Source: a virus. Taken from it: a stretch of 64,000 nt of DNA. Within the stretch, counting starts at the first letter, position 1. Each line of letters opens with the position of its first letter. The stretch covers positions 7,553-71,552 of the IMG/VR virus record IMGVR_UViG_3300032032_000003. One strand, 5' to 3'. Shown here in pieces: positions 47,678 through 58,197 of this stretch. A model generated the notes under the pieces. That model was not told the DNA's origin. It ran no database searches and saw only the letters and a list, made by a program, of their open reading frames with translations. Both the position numbers and the translations under genes were made by a program.

Positions 47678-50393
47678 TTTTATAAGGATGCAAAGATAAC
47701 AAGATATCTCTTTTTCTGTCTTTAAGTTGTTGGTGTTTGTTTTGGTGTAGGAAGTGAAACCTGTTAAATGCAAGTTTATGTCTTATTGAATTATACTTTT
47801 CATTTTTATCATCTGTTGATATTCCTTTCCAATTCTCTAGTTGATCTATTATGCACTGGAGTCTTTGTTTTGGATCTTTAAAGGCATCATAAAATTCATC
47901 AAACATTTCTGGGAAAGTTTGATACCCTTGTTGTCTTAAATATCGAAGTGTGTATGGAAGGCCTACAATAATAAATGGGTGATAGTTCATTAAAGGTTTA
48001 TATGTTTTTTCTGTAATAAACAGGTTCATTAATTGATTGGAATCGTTTTCATAAAAAATTGTTTCGTTGACTAGGGAAAAATATGATGATTCATATAATG
48101 TTTTGTCAAAATACCTATCATCTTGTTGTAGTTTTTCTGATGAAATATCTAATTTTAACTGGCGGGGCTCTCTAAAATATTCATTTAAATGATCTCTCTG
48201 TGTTTTAGTATTAAATAAATCATTATTAATTTGATCTAAAGTCGACTTCCAATGCCTTTTGTATTGTGCTGCTCCTCCATCTTCTCCATAGAATCGTAAT
48301 AAGAAGCTGATATAAGAGTTAGTTTTATCATAACCTAATCGATCTAATTCTGATACAATCGCTAGTCTATGTTGTCTAGGTAAACCATTAAAACATAATA
48401 AGTCGCGGGTTTTATCTTCCGCTGTTGGAACACTATGTATTGTTTCACGTTCATAGATAGAGTCTGGTTGAATAAACTCTCTTGCGTTGTCTATAGTAAA
48501 CAATCCTCTTTCCAATGGATCTGTTCTTAATACATATTGTTGTCTATATAAAAATTGAAAATAATCATAACCAATTGTTTTGGTAAATTCACTTTGTTGT
48601 CCGGCCGGATTATTGGCAATCCAATGATCATAATTCTTAGTAAAGTTTATATCGCCATATATAAAATAAGAATATATTCCATTTAACTTTTCGGCTGTCA
48701 TGGCCCCATTTAATTTTTCCATCCACCAATGTGAATCTAAATGGAATCCTTCGTGAGGGAATACAAAAACTATTTGCATCATTCTCTTTCTAGCTAGATC
48801 TTTTACTTTTTCCGGTATGTCTGCTATAAGGTTAGAAATGCCTTCTAAATAAGCAATTTCGATAAAATAATAATTATGTAAAGGATGGTTTTTACCGTGT
48901 ACATTTTCATTAAATTTGTTTATGTCCATCAACTTATGATTTAAATCTGCGTATTCATACCACCATTGCATGTTTGATCTTTGAGAAGCAGTAACATTTA
49001 AACCATCTCTAAAACAGTTTCCAGGAACATATGGCTGATCTTGTGCAATAGGCCTACCTGATACAGGTCCTTGCTTGAGCTTGTCAAACCACAAGTAAAA
49101 AATATCAGTAGGATTGTGAAAAGATCTATCAACTATAAAAGGAGGAACAATTTCCCCGAAACGATCTGGACTTGCAACCGCGTTGGACGGCATACCTATT
49201 TCCCATTGTCCTGATTTCCAATGAGGACGTCTAGGTTGTGGAGGATAATCTTTAGCAAACTCTTCCATTGTGAAGTAATGCTCCCATGGCACTTGTATAG
49301 AATTTTGTTCTTTTGATTTAAATACCTCATCTATATTGTCTACTCTTTCCCAATTTTCTTTTATGACTTCACCTAAACGTTTTCTATTAGCCCATAGTCG
49401 TGGTGAGAGCTCATTATATTTGTCCTCTAACTCCTCATGGCTAAGTGCTGTTATTCTCTCCAATTGATTTGTTATATAGTCTATTCGTCTTTCATAGTCA
49501 GGGTGTGACATGGCTTGTAAAATATCTGGAAACATGTCTTCAAAAATATCAAAGCCCATTTCTTTTAATTTTTTATAGAGATTTTGATCTCCTAATATTA
49601 AGAAAGGCCTTAAACCTATTATAGGTTTAAAAGTTTTTTCACTTAAGAATATATCTGAATGAATACACGATTCTGTAACTACTGTAAGAAAATGTCTGCT
49701 CCAATTTTCAACATCACCTAACGTAGCAATATCATTACAGCTTTGTCCTACCCACTCTGACATTAATGGTTGGTCTTCTATTTCATGTTCTTCATCTAAT
49801 ATAATTGGATTTTTAAATTTGTAATCATTGTGTGGTTCCATGGCTGAGATAATTCCAAAATTTTCTAAGCCTTGATCATGTATCTTATTTAAAAGTGTGA
49901 CTCTATGATCATGTGGTTTTCTGTTGTAGCACAAAAAATGTTTACCATTTTGTCCAACTGTTCCATCTGGTTTACGGGCTAACTTAGGAGGGTTTATCCA
50001 TTTCGCCCTTGCATAACTTGCCCAATGATTGTCTATATACTTTAACCAATAACTAAAATAATATCCTTTGTTTGTATTGCCTACATGATAAACTTTATCG
50101 AAATTATCTTGTATCAATTGGTGTGCGTCTTTTCTTTTATTAATGCAATTTGTATTTTCCCAGTCTGGTCCTGAGTACACCGCTGCTTCAGTACATGTAG
50201 TTTCTGAAATAAACTTTTTTAATCCTTTTAAATCATCACCCAACCAGGTTGAGTTTATCAAACAAATGTTCCCCGGCAATCTATCTAAAAGATTTTGAAC
50301 GATGCCTGTTTCCATTTTGCTTATAGATGTTGAAGCCTCTGGCCAGCCGGCTTGTGTTGGGTCGTCAAAACCAATTGTATAATATCTATTCAT
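47670..50393 (-). CDS. 907-aa protein with two GT10-like (GT-B) 'TEKT.KP' domains
   Basis: Two copies of (F/L)LC(Y/F)N..P..HR ... V.E(S/T) ... (S/T)EKT(F/Y)KP....PF...G.....L...G(F/Y)..F. Confidence 0.65.
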   Translation of the reverse strand: MNRYYTIGFDDPTQAGWPEASTSISKMETGIVQNLLDRLPGNICLINSTWLGDDLKGLKKFISETTCTEAAVYSGPDWENTNCINKRKDAHQLIQDNFDKVYHVGNTNKGYYFSYWLKYIDNHWASYARAKWINPPKLARKPDGTVGQNGKHFLCYNRKPHDHRVTLLNKIHDQGLENFGIISAMEPHNDYKFKNPIILDEEHEIEDQPLMSEWVGQSCNDIATLGDVENWSRHFLTVVTESCIHSDIFLSEKTFKPIIGLRPFLILGDQNLYKKLKEMGFDIFEDMFPDILQAMSHPDYERRIDYITNQLERITALSHEELEDKYNELSPRLWANRKRLGEVIKENWERVDNIDEVFKSKEQNSIQVPWEHYFTMEEFAKDYPPQPRRPHWKSGQWEIGMPSNAVASPDRFGEIVPPFIVDRSFHNPTDIFYLWFDKLKQGPVSGRPIAQDQPYVPGNCFRDGLNVTASQRSNMQWWYEYADLNHKLMDINKFNENVHGKNHPLHNYYFIEIAYLEGISNLIADIPEKVKDLARKRMMQIVFVFPHEGFHLDSHWWMEKLNGAMTAEKLNGIYSYFIYGDINFTKNYDHWIANNPAGQQSEFTKTIGYDYFQFLYRQQYVLRTDPLERGLFTIDNAREFIQPDSIYERETIHSVPTAEDKTRDLLCFNGLPRQHRLAIVSELDRLGYDKTNSYISFLLRFYGEDGGAAQYKRHWKSTLDQINNDLFNTKTQRDHLNEYFREPRQLKLDISSEKLQQDDRYFDKTLYESSYFSLVNETIFYENDSNQLMNLFITEKTYKPLMNYHPFIIVGLPYTLRYLRQQGYQTFPEMFDEFYDAFKDPKQRLQCIIDQLENWKGISTDDKNEKYNSIRHKLAFNRFHFLHQNKHQQLKDRKRDILLSLHPYKND

Positions 50394-51648
50394 ATATAAA
50401 TGGGTCCTGTTTTCTAATACGTTTTAAGTTCCAATCAGGGTCTATGCTTGCTATCTCTGGTAATTCTTCCTGCCAAGTTTGATCTCTTACTGCATCAATT
50501 CTTTCCATTTCTAAAATAAACCGTTCAACCATTTTAGGATTTTCTTTTTGTGAATTCATAAAATCTATAAAACCATTAATGTGTTGTATCAAAGTCTGTA
50601 TTTTCCATGGTTGTTCGTATGTTTCTTTTAATTCTTTTTCCCACTCTCTCCATACAATTTCTATTTCTTTCTTTTTTCTCTCAGGTAAAATTCCAACGTT
50701 TAACCAAAAAGGAAAGTGAACTAGATTTATATTAAAATTAAATGGTTCATCTATTAATCCTTGTCTTAACAATTCACGATGGAAGTCTGGTATGTGCATA
50801 GCGTTTTGTATGCTAACTGTAGCATTAATACCAAACTCTACTTTAGGTGTTTTTTCTTTCATTTCTAATCTGTTATTGACCCACTTCTCCCAATCTAAAC
50901 CTGTACGAACAAACTCTCCTCGAGGGCCGTAGCCATCTAAACTTGCTGACATTGTTACCCTTTTAAACTTACCCCATGAATCTAATATGTTTTGACTTTT
51001 ATAAAAGAACTGACTTAAATTTGAATTATAAACTAAATGTACACTTGTTCTTCCCATTTCTATAAGTCTATTAATAATCCTATAATGTTCTTCCATCATT
51101 AAAGGTTCCCCACCAGCAAAATATATTTTTTCTACTATAGGAAAATAAGGCTCTATTTCCTCCCACAATTCAAAAACTCTTCCAGGTTCCGGAAGGTCAG
51201 GTGGTAAACTACCCCATATCTTTTTAGTATCTTTATACCAACCAGAGCTTAGTTGTGGGCCACAGCTACGACATGAGAAGTTACATATATTAGAAAAACG
51301 AAAGTCCCAATATGCTAAATCCATATCATCTAATGTTCCGTCTTCTTTTACATTGTCCCATTTTTTTAAATGAGGAGCAAAGTCTCTTGCTGAGGTATTT
51401 CTAAAAGATTCATTACCTGTGTCTTCTTCTTTAAAACAATTAACACATTCAGGAGGTCTTTCCCCTGCTAACATCTGCCTTCTGATTCTACGCATAGGAT
51501 CATCATTCCAAATCTCTTTCAAAGTATTGTTTTTTAGTGAACCTACTTGATGATCTATATTTCCAAGACAACAAGCATACACATCTTTATTAGGCCATGT
51601 ATGTAAATGTATTACAGGTAATACGCACTTAGTATCTTTATCTGTCAT
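50386..51648 (-). CDS. Radical SAM enzyme with N-terminal twitch/SPASM domain
   Basis: CVLP..H....P....ACC ... C..CF..E; CNFSCRSC; FAGGEP; SLDG. Confidence 0.9.
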   Translation of the reverse strand: MTDKDTKCVLPVIHLHTWPNKDVYACCLGNIDHQVGSLKNNTLKEIWNDDPMRRIRRQMLAGERPPECVNCFKEEDTGNESFRNTSARDFAPHLKKWDNVKEDGTLDDMDLAYWDFRFSNICNFSCRSCGPQLSSGWYKDTKKIWGSLPPDLPEPGRVFELWEEIEPYFPIVEKIYFAGGEPLMMEEHYRIINRLIEMGRTSVHLVYNSNLSQFFYKSQNILDSWGKFKRVTMSASLDGYGPRGEFVRTGLDWEKWVNNRLEMKEKTPKVEFGINATVSIQNAMHIPDFHRELLRQGLIDEPFNFNINLVHFPFWLNVGILPERKKKEIEIVWREWEKELKETYEQPWKIQTLIQHINGFIDFMNSQKENPKMVERFILEMERIDAVRDQTWQEELPEIASIDPDWNLKRIRKQDPFIYE

Positions 51649-52855
51649 AATCTTTTATCAAGTCATAAAATTCTGGGAAAACATCTTTATACTTTTCTTT
51701 TCGTATAATGTCTTGCCTGTTAGTAATGTCAAAGAATCTAAATAAAAGATTCTCATCACGTTCAATTGTTAAGTAGTTTTTTACATTATCATAAAAAATT
51801 TCACCTTCAGCTTTTTCAAGTATCTTTTCCTTTATATTTATAGGAAGGATAGCAGGATCATAGTAGTCAGGTTCCGTAACATAGTTAGGCGAAACGTAAG
51901 GAACAATCTCTTTAAAATATTCATGAAACTCTTTTAAATAAAATATGTTTAATATAGAAATTGTTTGTAGTATAGAACAAAAGATATTATCATGTCGTTC
52001 TTCTAATTCTTTAAACCATTTAATTGTTTCTAAAGTTTTGTCCCATTTAGCAGGGAACCTCATATATTCGTTTCGTCTTTCTATGTCGTCTATAGACCAC
52101 ATTAATTGTACTTCTTTAAATTCCTTCCAAGCATCTTCGTAGTCTTTGCCTGATACTGTTGTGTTTGTAGAATAAACTAAGGTAACATTTTTTGCTACAT
52201 CTTTTTTAACAAGCTCTTCTAAAAACCCTAGGTGTTTGTCTATAAGTAACGGCTCTCCACCGTTTACATAAACATACCTTAATTCGTCTATGTGTGGTAA
52301 TAATTTATCCCAAAAGTTTTGATCTTTTGGCCAGTTCATATTAGTTTGTGGAACCTCTAAATAGCTCTTCTCTAAATCTAAAAGTTTCCATTCCTTTTTC
52401 CAACGTGAACTTGAAATAGGATTACATGTTCTGCATGCTAAGTTACAATGGTTTCCTAGACGTAGTTCTATAAATTCATAATTAACTTCTTTTAGTGTAC
52501 CGTCTATGTTTGTTATTTTTATAGCATCTTCTTCTTTAAAATTTAACCTTTGAGATTCAACTGTTCTTTTACTAGGGTTACCGGCTGCTTCAGAGTTCCA
52601 ACATTTTTTACATTGATCTGGATACTCTCCATTAAGCATTTTTAATCTAACATCATTAAAACTTTCACTGTTAGTTATTTTGTTGAAGTCATATTTAGTG
52701 GCCAATAGCGTATTAAAGACTCTGGTTTGTGAGATTGTAAAGTGTGCATTTGAAACACCATCTAGTGTTTCTGCCTCACAACACAAACTAACCTGTCCGT
52801 CAGGGTGTGTTGCTAAGTGATTCCACGGTAATGGACAAAATGATTTAGATGCCAT
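51638..52855 (-). CDS. Radical SAM enzyme with N-terminal twitch/SPASM domain
   Basis: FCPLPWNH...PDG.V.LCC; C..CW..E; CNLACRTC; NGGEP; SIDD. Start moved to MASKSF. Confidence 0.9.
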   Translation of the reverse strand: MASKSFCPLPWNHLATHPDGQVSLCCEAETLDGVSNAHFTISQTRVFNTLLATKYDFNKITNSESFNDVRLKMLNGEYPDQCKKCWNSEAAGNPSKRTVESQRLNFKEEDAIKITNIDGTLKEVNYEFIELRLGNHCNLACRTCNPISSSRWKKEWKLLDLEKSYLEVPQTNMNWPKDQNFWDKLLPHIDELRYVYVNGGEPLLIDKHLGFLEELVKKDVAKNVTLVYSTNTTVSGKDYEDAWKEFKEVQLMWSIDDIERRNEYMRFPAKWDKTLETIKWFKELEERHDNIFCSILQTISILNIFYLKEFHEYFKEIVPYVSPNYVTEPDYYDPAILPINIKEKILEKAEGEIFYDNVKNYLTIERDENLLFRFFDITNRQDIIRKEKYKDVFPEFYDLIKDYDR

Positions 52856-54140
52856 CAAACCACTCCTTACCTGGATCATTTAATATCTCTCTGTATGTCA
52901 ACTCTTGATCTCTTATCTTTTCTAAAAACATTATATTTTTCTTTCCATTGTGTAGACCTTCCCGTAGTTCTTCGCCTTCCCATTGTTGTTCAAAACTTGG
53001 CCTTTTGATTAAGGCTTTAAGTGAATCAATATATACCTGTGTCTTCCATGTTTTTCTTGGTTCCATGTATTCTATAAGTTCATTACAATATGGCTCTACA
53101 ATAGATTTAGGCAACGCGTCTGGTGCCATAATAACATTAGGTGTAAAAGCGTATGTAAATTTAAAATAAGATTTTACATCTAGTTCTGTTACAACATCAA
53201 ACAAATCTTTTAATCCAAATAGTCCTGGTGTTGTAAGTGTAACATCAAACACCATGCCGTCATCTCCATATTCTTCATTTATCCACAGTCCTTTTTTAAA
53301 ATTAACAAGCCATTCGTCCCACTTTATTCCTGTTCTTATATACTCACCTATTGCTCCTGCACCATCAATGCTTGCACATATATTCATGCTTTTAAATCCG
53401 TTTAACATATTATATAAGTTATAATGTTTATAATCAATTCTACTGAGATTTGTGTTGTAACGTATAGTAATCTCTTTTTTCCTTTTGGAGTCTTTAAGTT
53501 GATCCATTATTGTCCAATGTCTTTCCCACATTAAAGGCTCTCCACCCACCCAATAAATTTCTTCTATTACATCTTGATCAACTGCCGCTTGTAGTTCTTC
53601 TTCTAAAACTTCTTTTTGGAAGTTTGTTATTTTCCTTCTGTTGTTAGGTTGTAGCCACGGATCTTCTTGCATACGATCATTTATTTTATTCTCTGCCTCC
53701 CAAGATGAAGATAGTTGATCACCACACATTCTACATTTGAAGTTACATAGATTAGATAAACGATAATCATATGACACCGGCACCATTGTTGTATGGCCTG
53801 TTTCGTCTGTCGTGTCTAATATGTCTTGTATTTTATGTGGGAATAGTGTGTCTACAAAATAGGATCTATATGTATGTAGGTTTAAAACATTCTCATTACA
53901 TACGACGCATTGAGGAATTGCCTCGCCTGCTAACATACGCTTTCTTATGTCTTTCATATATTCACTATTCCAATGATGTTTTAATGATAAAGGATCAAAC
54001 GTTACGTCTGGATTTTGTTCTCCTGTGTCAATATATTGTTTCTGAAAGTCTGAATCTTCTCTACTAGCACAACACAAGCGTCGTTCACCTTGCGGGCTAA
54101 CGTAAGTATGTGTCCATGGTGCTGTGCAAAGATACTTCAT
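52845..54140 (-). CDS. Radical SAM enzyme with N-terminal twitch/SPASM domain
   Basis: CTAPWTH...PQG..RLCC; CNFKCRMC; VGGEP; SIDG. Start moved to MKYLC. Confidence 0.9.
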   Translation of the reverse strand: MKYLCTAPWTHTYVSPQGERRLCCASREDSDFQKQYIDTGEQNPDVTFDPLSLKHHWNSEYMKDIRKRMLAGEAIPQCVVCNENVLNLHTYRSYFVDTLFPHKIQDILDTTDETGHTTMVPVSYDYRLSNLCNFKCRMCGDQLSSSWEAENKINDRMQEDPWLQPNNRRKITNFQKEVLEEELQAAVDQDVIEEIYWVGGEPLMWERHWTIMDQLKDSKRKKEITIRYNTNLSRIDYKHYNLYNMLNGFKSMNICASIDGAGAIGEYIRTGIKWDEWLVNFKKGLWINEEYGDDGMVFDVTLTTPGLFGLKDLFDVVTELDVKSYFKFTYAFTPNVIMAPDALPKSIVEPYCNELIEYMEPRKTWKTQVYIDSLKALIKRPSFEQQWEGEELREGLHNGKKNIMFLEKIRDQELTYREILNDPGKEWFDGI

Positions 54141-55321
54141 TCGTATTTCCATCCATGGTCTGTTAAGACTTTATAAAACTCTGGGAAGAATTCTCTAAAG
54201 TCTTCTTTTCTATATTGATCACTTTGTATTACATTAGGTGCAAACAATTCCCATTCTGAAGGTATGCTTTCTTTGCCATTCATAAAATTTATTATTTCAA
54301 CTACTCTAGGGTCTTCTTTTCCTAAATGCTCTTCTACCACAGGTTTTACATCTTCCGGAATGTTTGTTATACAAAAATGCCATGGACCGTGTACTAAATT
54401 TAAATATATATTTTCGCCTTCAAAGTATTCTAAAAATTCAGGTATATACCAAACGTTTAGAGTGCTTACTGTATGAGCAATACATATATGATACTTATCA
54501 CTATGTTTAGATATATACTTTAACCTTTTAAAATTTTCTATAACATGATCCCATTTTGCTGGGTGCCTCATAAATTCATATCTATTTTTTATTCCATCTA
54601 AACTAAAATCCAATTGAACCTTTTTAAATTGGTTTAATATTTTAAGTTTCTCATCGTCCCATATTGTTCCGTTTGTATTATAATGTAAAGATATATCTTT
54701 TGAATAACCTAGTTCAATGGCCTGTTCTAATAGCTTCCATTGTTTCTTCATTAACATAGGTTCACCACCGTACATGTCGATATATTTTATCTTAGGTAAA
54801 TGACTGTGCATATCATTCCAAATAGCACTATCATCTTCAAACGATTTATTAAACTCTCTAAAATATTCTTTAAACTCTAATGCACCTGAGGCTTTATCTC
54901 CATAACCATCATGTAAAGCTAAGAACTCTTTGTTCCAAAAAGAACTATTGTCTGGACCACAAGTTCTACATTTTATATTACAAGTTGTTCCCATATTAAG
55001 ATCTAATATTTGAACCTGTGTACTTCTGTCAAACTCTGCTCTGCCTTCATTGTCTGTAATTCTTTTACTTTTTCTACCAACGTTCTCTTGGCTCCAACAA
55101 GAGTTACAATGTGGGTCTTGTATTCCTTTATCTAAATTGTGTCTAATTTGATTTGCTGTATGACTATTAATAGCCTCGTCTAAACTATTTTTACGAATGT
55201 TTAACACATTACCCAACTCATCTTGATAAGGAATTGTTTGTAAACAGCAGCTCGTACATGTACCTTTGTTGTCTACACGAACTCCTTTGTCTAAATTAAC
55301 ACAGTAGAAGTCACTCATCAT
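54137..55321 (-). CDS. Radical SAM enzyme with N-terminal twitch/SPASM domain
   Basis: YC.......G...SCC; C.SCW..E; CNIKCRTC; YGGEP; NTNG; SLDG. Confidence 0.9.
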   Translation of the reverse strand: MMSDFYCVNLDKGVRVDNKGTCTSCCLQTIPYQDELGNVLNIRKNSLDEAINSHTANQIRHNLDKGIQDPHCNSCWSQENVGRKSKRITDNEGRAEFDRSTQVQILDLNMGTTCNIKCRTCGPDNSSFWNKEFLALHDGYGDKASGALEFKEYFREFNKSFEDDSAIWNDMHSHLPKIKYIDMYGGEPMLMKKQWKLLEQAIELGYSKDISLHYNTNGTIWDDEKLKILNQFKKVQLDFSLDGIKNRYEFMRHPAKWDHVIENFKRLKYISKHSDKYHICIAHTVSTLNVWYIPEFLEYFEGENIYLNLVHGPWHFCITNIPEDVKPVVEEHLGKEDPRVVEIINFMNGKESIPSEWELFAPNVIQSDQYRKEDFREFFPEFYKVLTDHGWKYE

Positions 55322-56825
55322 AATCGCCTAACGGCTCGTCTATGTTTTTATTATCAGGATCTAATATCCAACCTTCTTCTTTTGCTATTCTGTTTAGATC
55401 TTCCTCTCCAACGTTGTCTCTTGTACTATCGCCAGATGTTAATGTTGCAATATTTAATATTGTTGGTGGCAAAGCATCTAGCCAATCTGTTAATATTTCA
55501 GGAAACACACGAATATCCTTTCCTCTCCTTATATCGTATTGTTCATAAAATGATTTAAAGTCTCTCCACAATGAGGTTTTAGAACTTGTGCGCCTATGTG
55601 GTGCGTCAACATGATCTAAATAATCTATTAAACGTTCTATATTTCCTCTTTCTATTCCTGTCCACAAACCTTTGTCGTCTTGTGTGGCATACCAGTCCAT
55701 AAGTTTCTTTCTAACATAAATTTTAATGTGATCGGGTAATGCTAGTGGACTTTGAAAACTAGGGAAACGTAATAGATTCAAAGTAACTGTTGGTGACTTT
55801 GTATTTTTAATTAGTTTTAATTTATAAACATGATCTAAAAATTCTGTAATTGAAAACAAGCATAAACTATTAATAGTCATCATTATATGAAGGCCTTCAT
55901 AGTTTCCTTCTGCAATAAAACGTCGCATGTTCTTGTCCCATGTTTTCCATATAAAATTGTCTCTTACATACTCTTGATGTTCTCCGTAACATTCTGCGCT
56001 TGTGTAAATGTGAAACTTTTTAATGTCTTGGCTTTTCTTAATTAAATTATCTAAAATTTTCTTTTTACATATTAAGTTACTATTAATTGCCAAACGCATT
56101 TCAGGACGTGCTTTCATTTTCTTAAACAGTTTCCATGTCTCTCCTGACATTAACGGTTCACCACCTGTAACTCTCAGCTCTTCTAATTCATCTGCTAGGC
56201 CTCCATCCCACCAATCCCAGAATGCTTTTATATAAGGATTTGTTTCAGGTGTTACTGCATCTCTTCCAAAAGGCTCTGTCCATTTACCATCTTGTTGAAA
56301 CGCTGCTGCACCATCACTAACTAAATTCTGATAAGGTCCATCCTTCTTAATATCTTTAGCCCATGTAGTAGAGAAACTTGCATTACAATAACTACACGCT
56401 AAGTTACATACTCTATCAAATGCTATTTCAAATGTTTTTAAATTTGTATTATCATTGAAGTCTGCGTTGTATGCTATGTCTAATTGTTCAGGTGTATATA
56501 TGTTGGATTTAAATATCCTGTCTGAAGGGTTCTTATCTCCTGGTATGTCTTCCATTTTCCAACAATACTCACACTCGCGAGGACGATCACCTTCTTGCAT
56601 CATCTTACGCATTGCTTTTTTGTGTTTTGTGTTGTGTATGGCTGAAGGGTTTCCTTCTAGTTCTACTAATGGAATTTTATGTGCCGGAGGGTGATGACAG
56701 CTAGCAGTTGTCCCACTACCTAACCATGTAGTAGCGTTATACCATTTGGCACCACAGAAACTTGCAGACTTAGTATCTAAGTTTTCTTTTCGCCACTTAA
56801 TTAACTTTTCTACTTCTTTAGACAT
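55311..56825 (-). CDS. Radical SAM enzyme with N-terminal twitch-like domain ('SCHHP' subtype)
   Basis: SFCGAKW...SCHHP..HKIP; ECEYCWK.ED; CNLACSYC; TGGEP. Confidence 0.9.
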   Translation of the reverse strand: MSKEVEKLIKWRKENLDTKSASFCGAKWYNATTWLGSGTTASCHHPPAHKIPLVELEGNPSAIHNTKHKKAMRKMMQEGDRPRECEYCWKMEDIPGDKNPSDRIFKSNIYTPEQLDIAYNADFNDNTNLKTFEIAFDRVCNLACSYCNASFSTTWAKDIKKDGPYQNLVSDGAAAFQQDGKWTEPFGRDAVTPETNPYIKAFWDWWDGGLADELEELRVTGGEPLMSGETWKLFKKMKARPEMRLAINSNLICKKKILDNLIKKSQDIKKFHIYTSAECYGEHQEYVRDNFIWKTWDKNMRRFIAEGNYEGLHIMMTINSLCLFSITEFLDHVYKLKLIKNTKSPTVTLNLLRFPSFQSPLALPDHIKIYVRKKLMDWYATQDDKGLWTGIERGNIERLIDYLDHVDAPHRRTSSKTSLWRDFKSFYEQYDIRRGKDIRVFPEILTDWLDALPPTILNIATLTSGDSTRDNVGEEDLNRIAKEEGWILDPDNKNIDEPLGDYDE

Positions 56826-58197
56826 TCCATTCCTCCAGTAGATGTGCCATTCCAGGATATACCTTTGTAAAGTCCTTTCCCCTTCTCATATCATAAGCCT
56901 TAATAAAATTAACAAAATCCTTTCTAAATTTTAGTTGTGTTGGTTCTTGTAATAAGTAATGACACCAACGTTGAAGTTGATCATACTCTTCTAAGTATAG
57001 CCTTGCCCACTTATCAGGCGAGTTGTATTTTAACCAACGTTTACCTTGCTTTAAAAATATACCTACAAAATATTTTCTAGTGTCTACATCTAATAACGTT
57101 GATTGTAAGTGAGGAGGCCATCTTAAATAATTTAAACTAATAGGAACCCTATTATTCTCTAAACATTTATTAAATTCTATTCTTAGTTTCATTACATCTT
57201 CTATAAAATTATAAAATCCATGTAAACACAATATATTCAATGTTGTCATTATAGCAACAAGCGAATTTGTTTCTGTTAATATTCGTCTACAGTTTTCATA
57301 CCAGTAGTCGTAATCAATTCCGTCCCTGGCATACTCTGCATATTCCCCTGAACTTTCAACACTTGTATAAACATCTATTCTATCTACTTTATCTTCTAAC
57401 CGGTTTATATACTTAATTAATTTATCAATAAGTTTTTTATCTGTTCCTAAATTAGTATTAATTGCTATTTGTAACTGTGGTTGTGGATTGTCTATTATAT
57501 ATTCAAGTGTTCTCCACACATCTTTTGACATTGTAGGCTCTCCACCAGTAACTCTAAAGACCTTTAAGTGTGGCAATACTTCTGGCATATATTTAAACCA
57601 AGCTTCCATATAAGGGTTGTCTTCACTACGCTTATATGGAAACTTACCTACCTGTTTTAGATATTCTAAATCATGGTTGCCATTTTCTACAGGATAGTTG
57701 CCATGTTCTTCTACATCTTTCATCCATGTAGATGATATGTCCGGACTACAATAAGCGCAGGCAAAATTACATGAATTGGCAAACGATACTTCTAGGTATG
57801 AAGGATAAACATCATCAGCCGGTGAGCTGTTAGCAATTTCTTTAAACCTATCCCATGCCCACCAATCAGATGTTTTGTAATGTCTATCTGAGAAATAATT
57901 TTTATCTAAGTCCTCTATTTTCCAGCAGTAGTCACATTCCTTTGGACGGACGCCGTTAAGCATCTTAGCTCTTTGTTCTTTTTTATAGTGTGAGTTGTGT
58001 AGTGCTGCTGGATTAGCTTTTACTTCTTCTACAGGGATCTTATGTGCTGATGGATGGTGACAGCTATGGTTGAATCCATTTTGAAGGTACAGAGTTGTTT
58101 GTAGCCACTTGGCGCTACAAAATGAAGGACTAACTGTATTAATCTCATCACGTTTTAATTCTAAAACCTTTATTCTTTCTTCATTAGTATTGATCAT
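56818..58197 (-). CDS. Radical SAM enzyme with N-terminal twitch-like domain ('SCHHP' subtype)
   Basis: SFCSAKW...SCHHP..HKIP; ECDYCWK.ED; CNFACAYC; TGGEP. Confidence 0.9.
   Translation of the reverse strand: MINTNEERIKVLELKRDEINTVSPSFCSAKWLQTTLYLQNGFNHSCHHPSAHKIPVEEVKANPAALHNSHYKKEQRAKMLNGVRPKECDYCWKIEDLDKNYFSDRHYKTSDWWAWDRFKEIANSSPADDVYPSYLEVSFANSCNFACAYCSPDISSTWMKDVEEHGNYPVENGNHDLEYLKQVGKFPYKRSEDNPYMEAWFKYMPEVLPHLKVFRVTGGEPTMSKDVWRTLEYIIDNPQPQLQIAINTNLGTDKKLIDKLIKYINRLEDKVDRIDVYTSVESSGEYAEYARDGIDYDYWYENCRRILTETNSLVAIMTTLNILCLHGFYNFIEDVMKLRIEFNKCLENNRVPISLNYLRWPPHLQSTLLDVDTRKYFVGIFLKQGKRWLKYNSPDKWARLYLEEYDQLQRWCHYLLQEPTQLKFRKDFVNFIKAYDMRRGKDFTKVYPGMAHLLEEWNV

Noticed and set aside
47678-47773. 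N-terminal extension of the carbamoyltransferase
   Set aside because: Overlaps the upstream gene; family-like sequence begins at MIRWG (47677)
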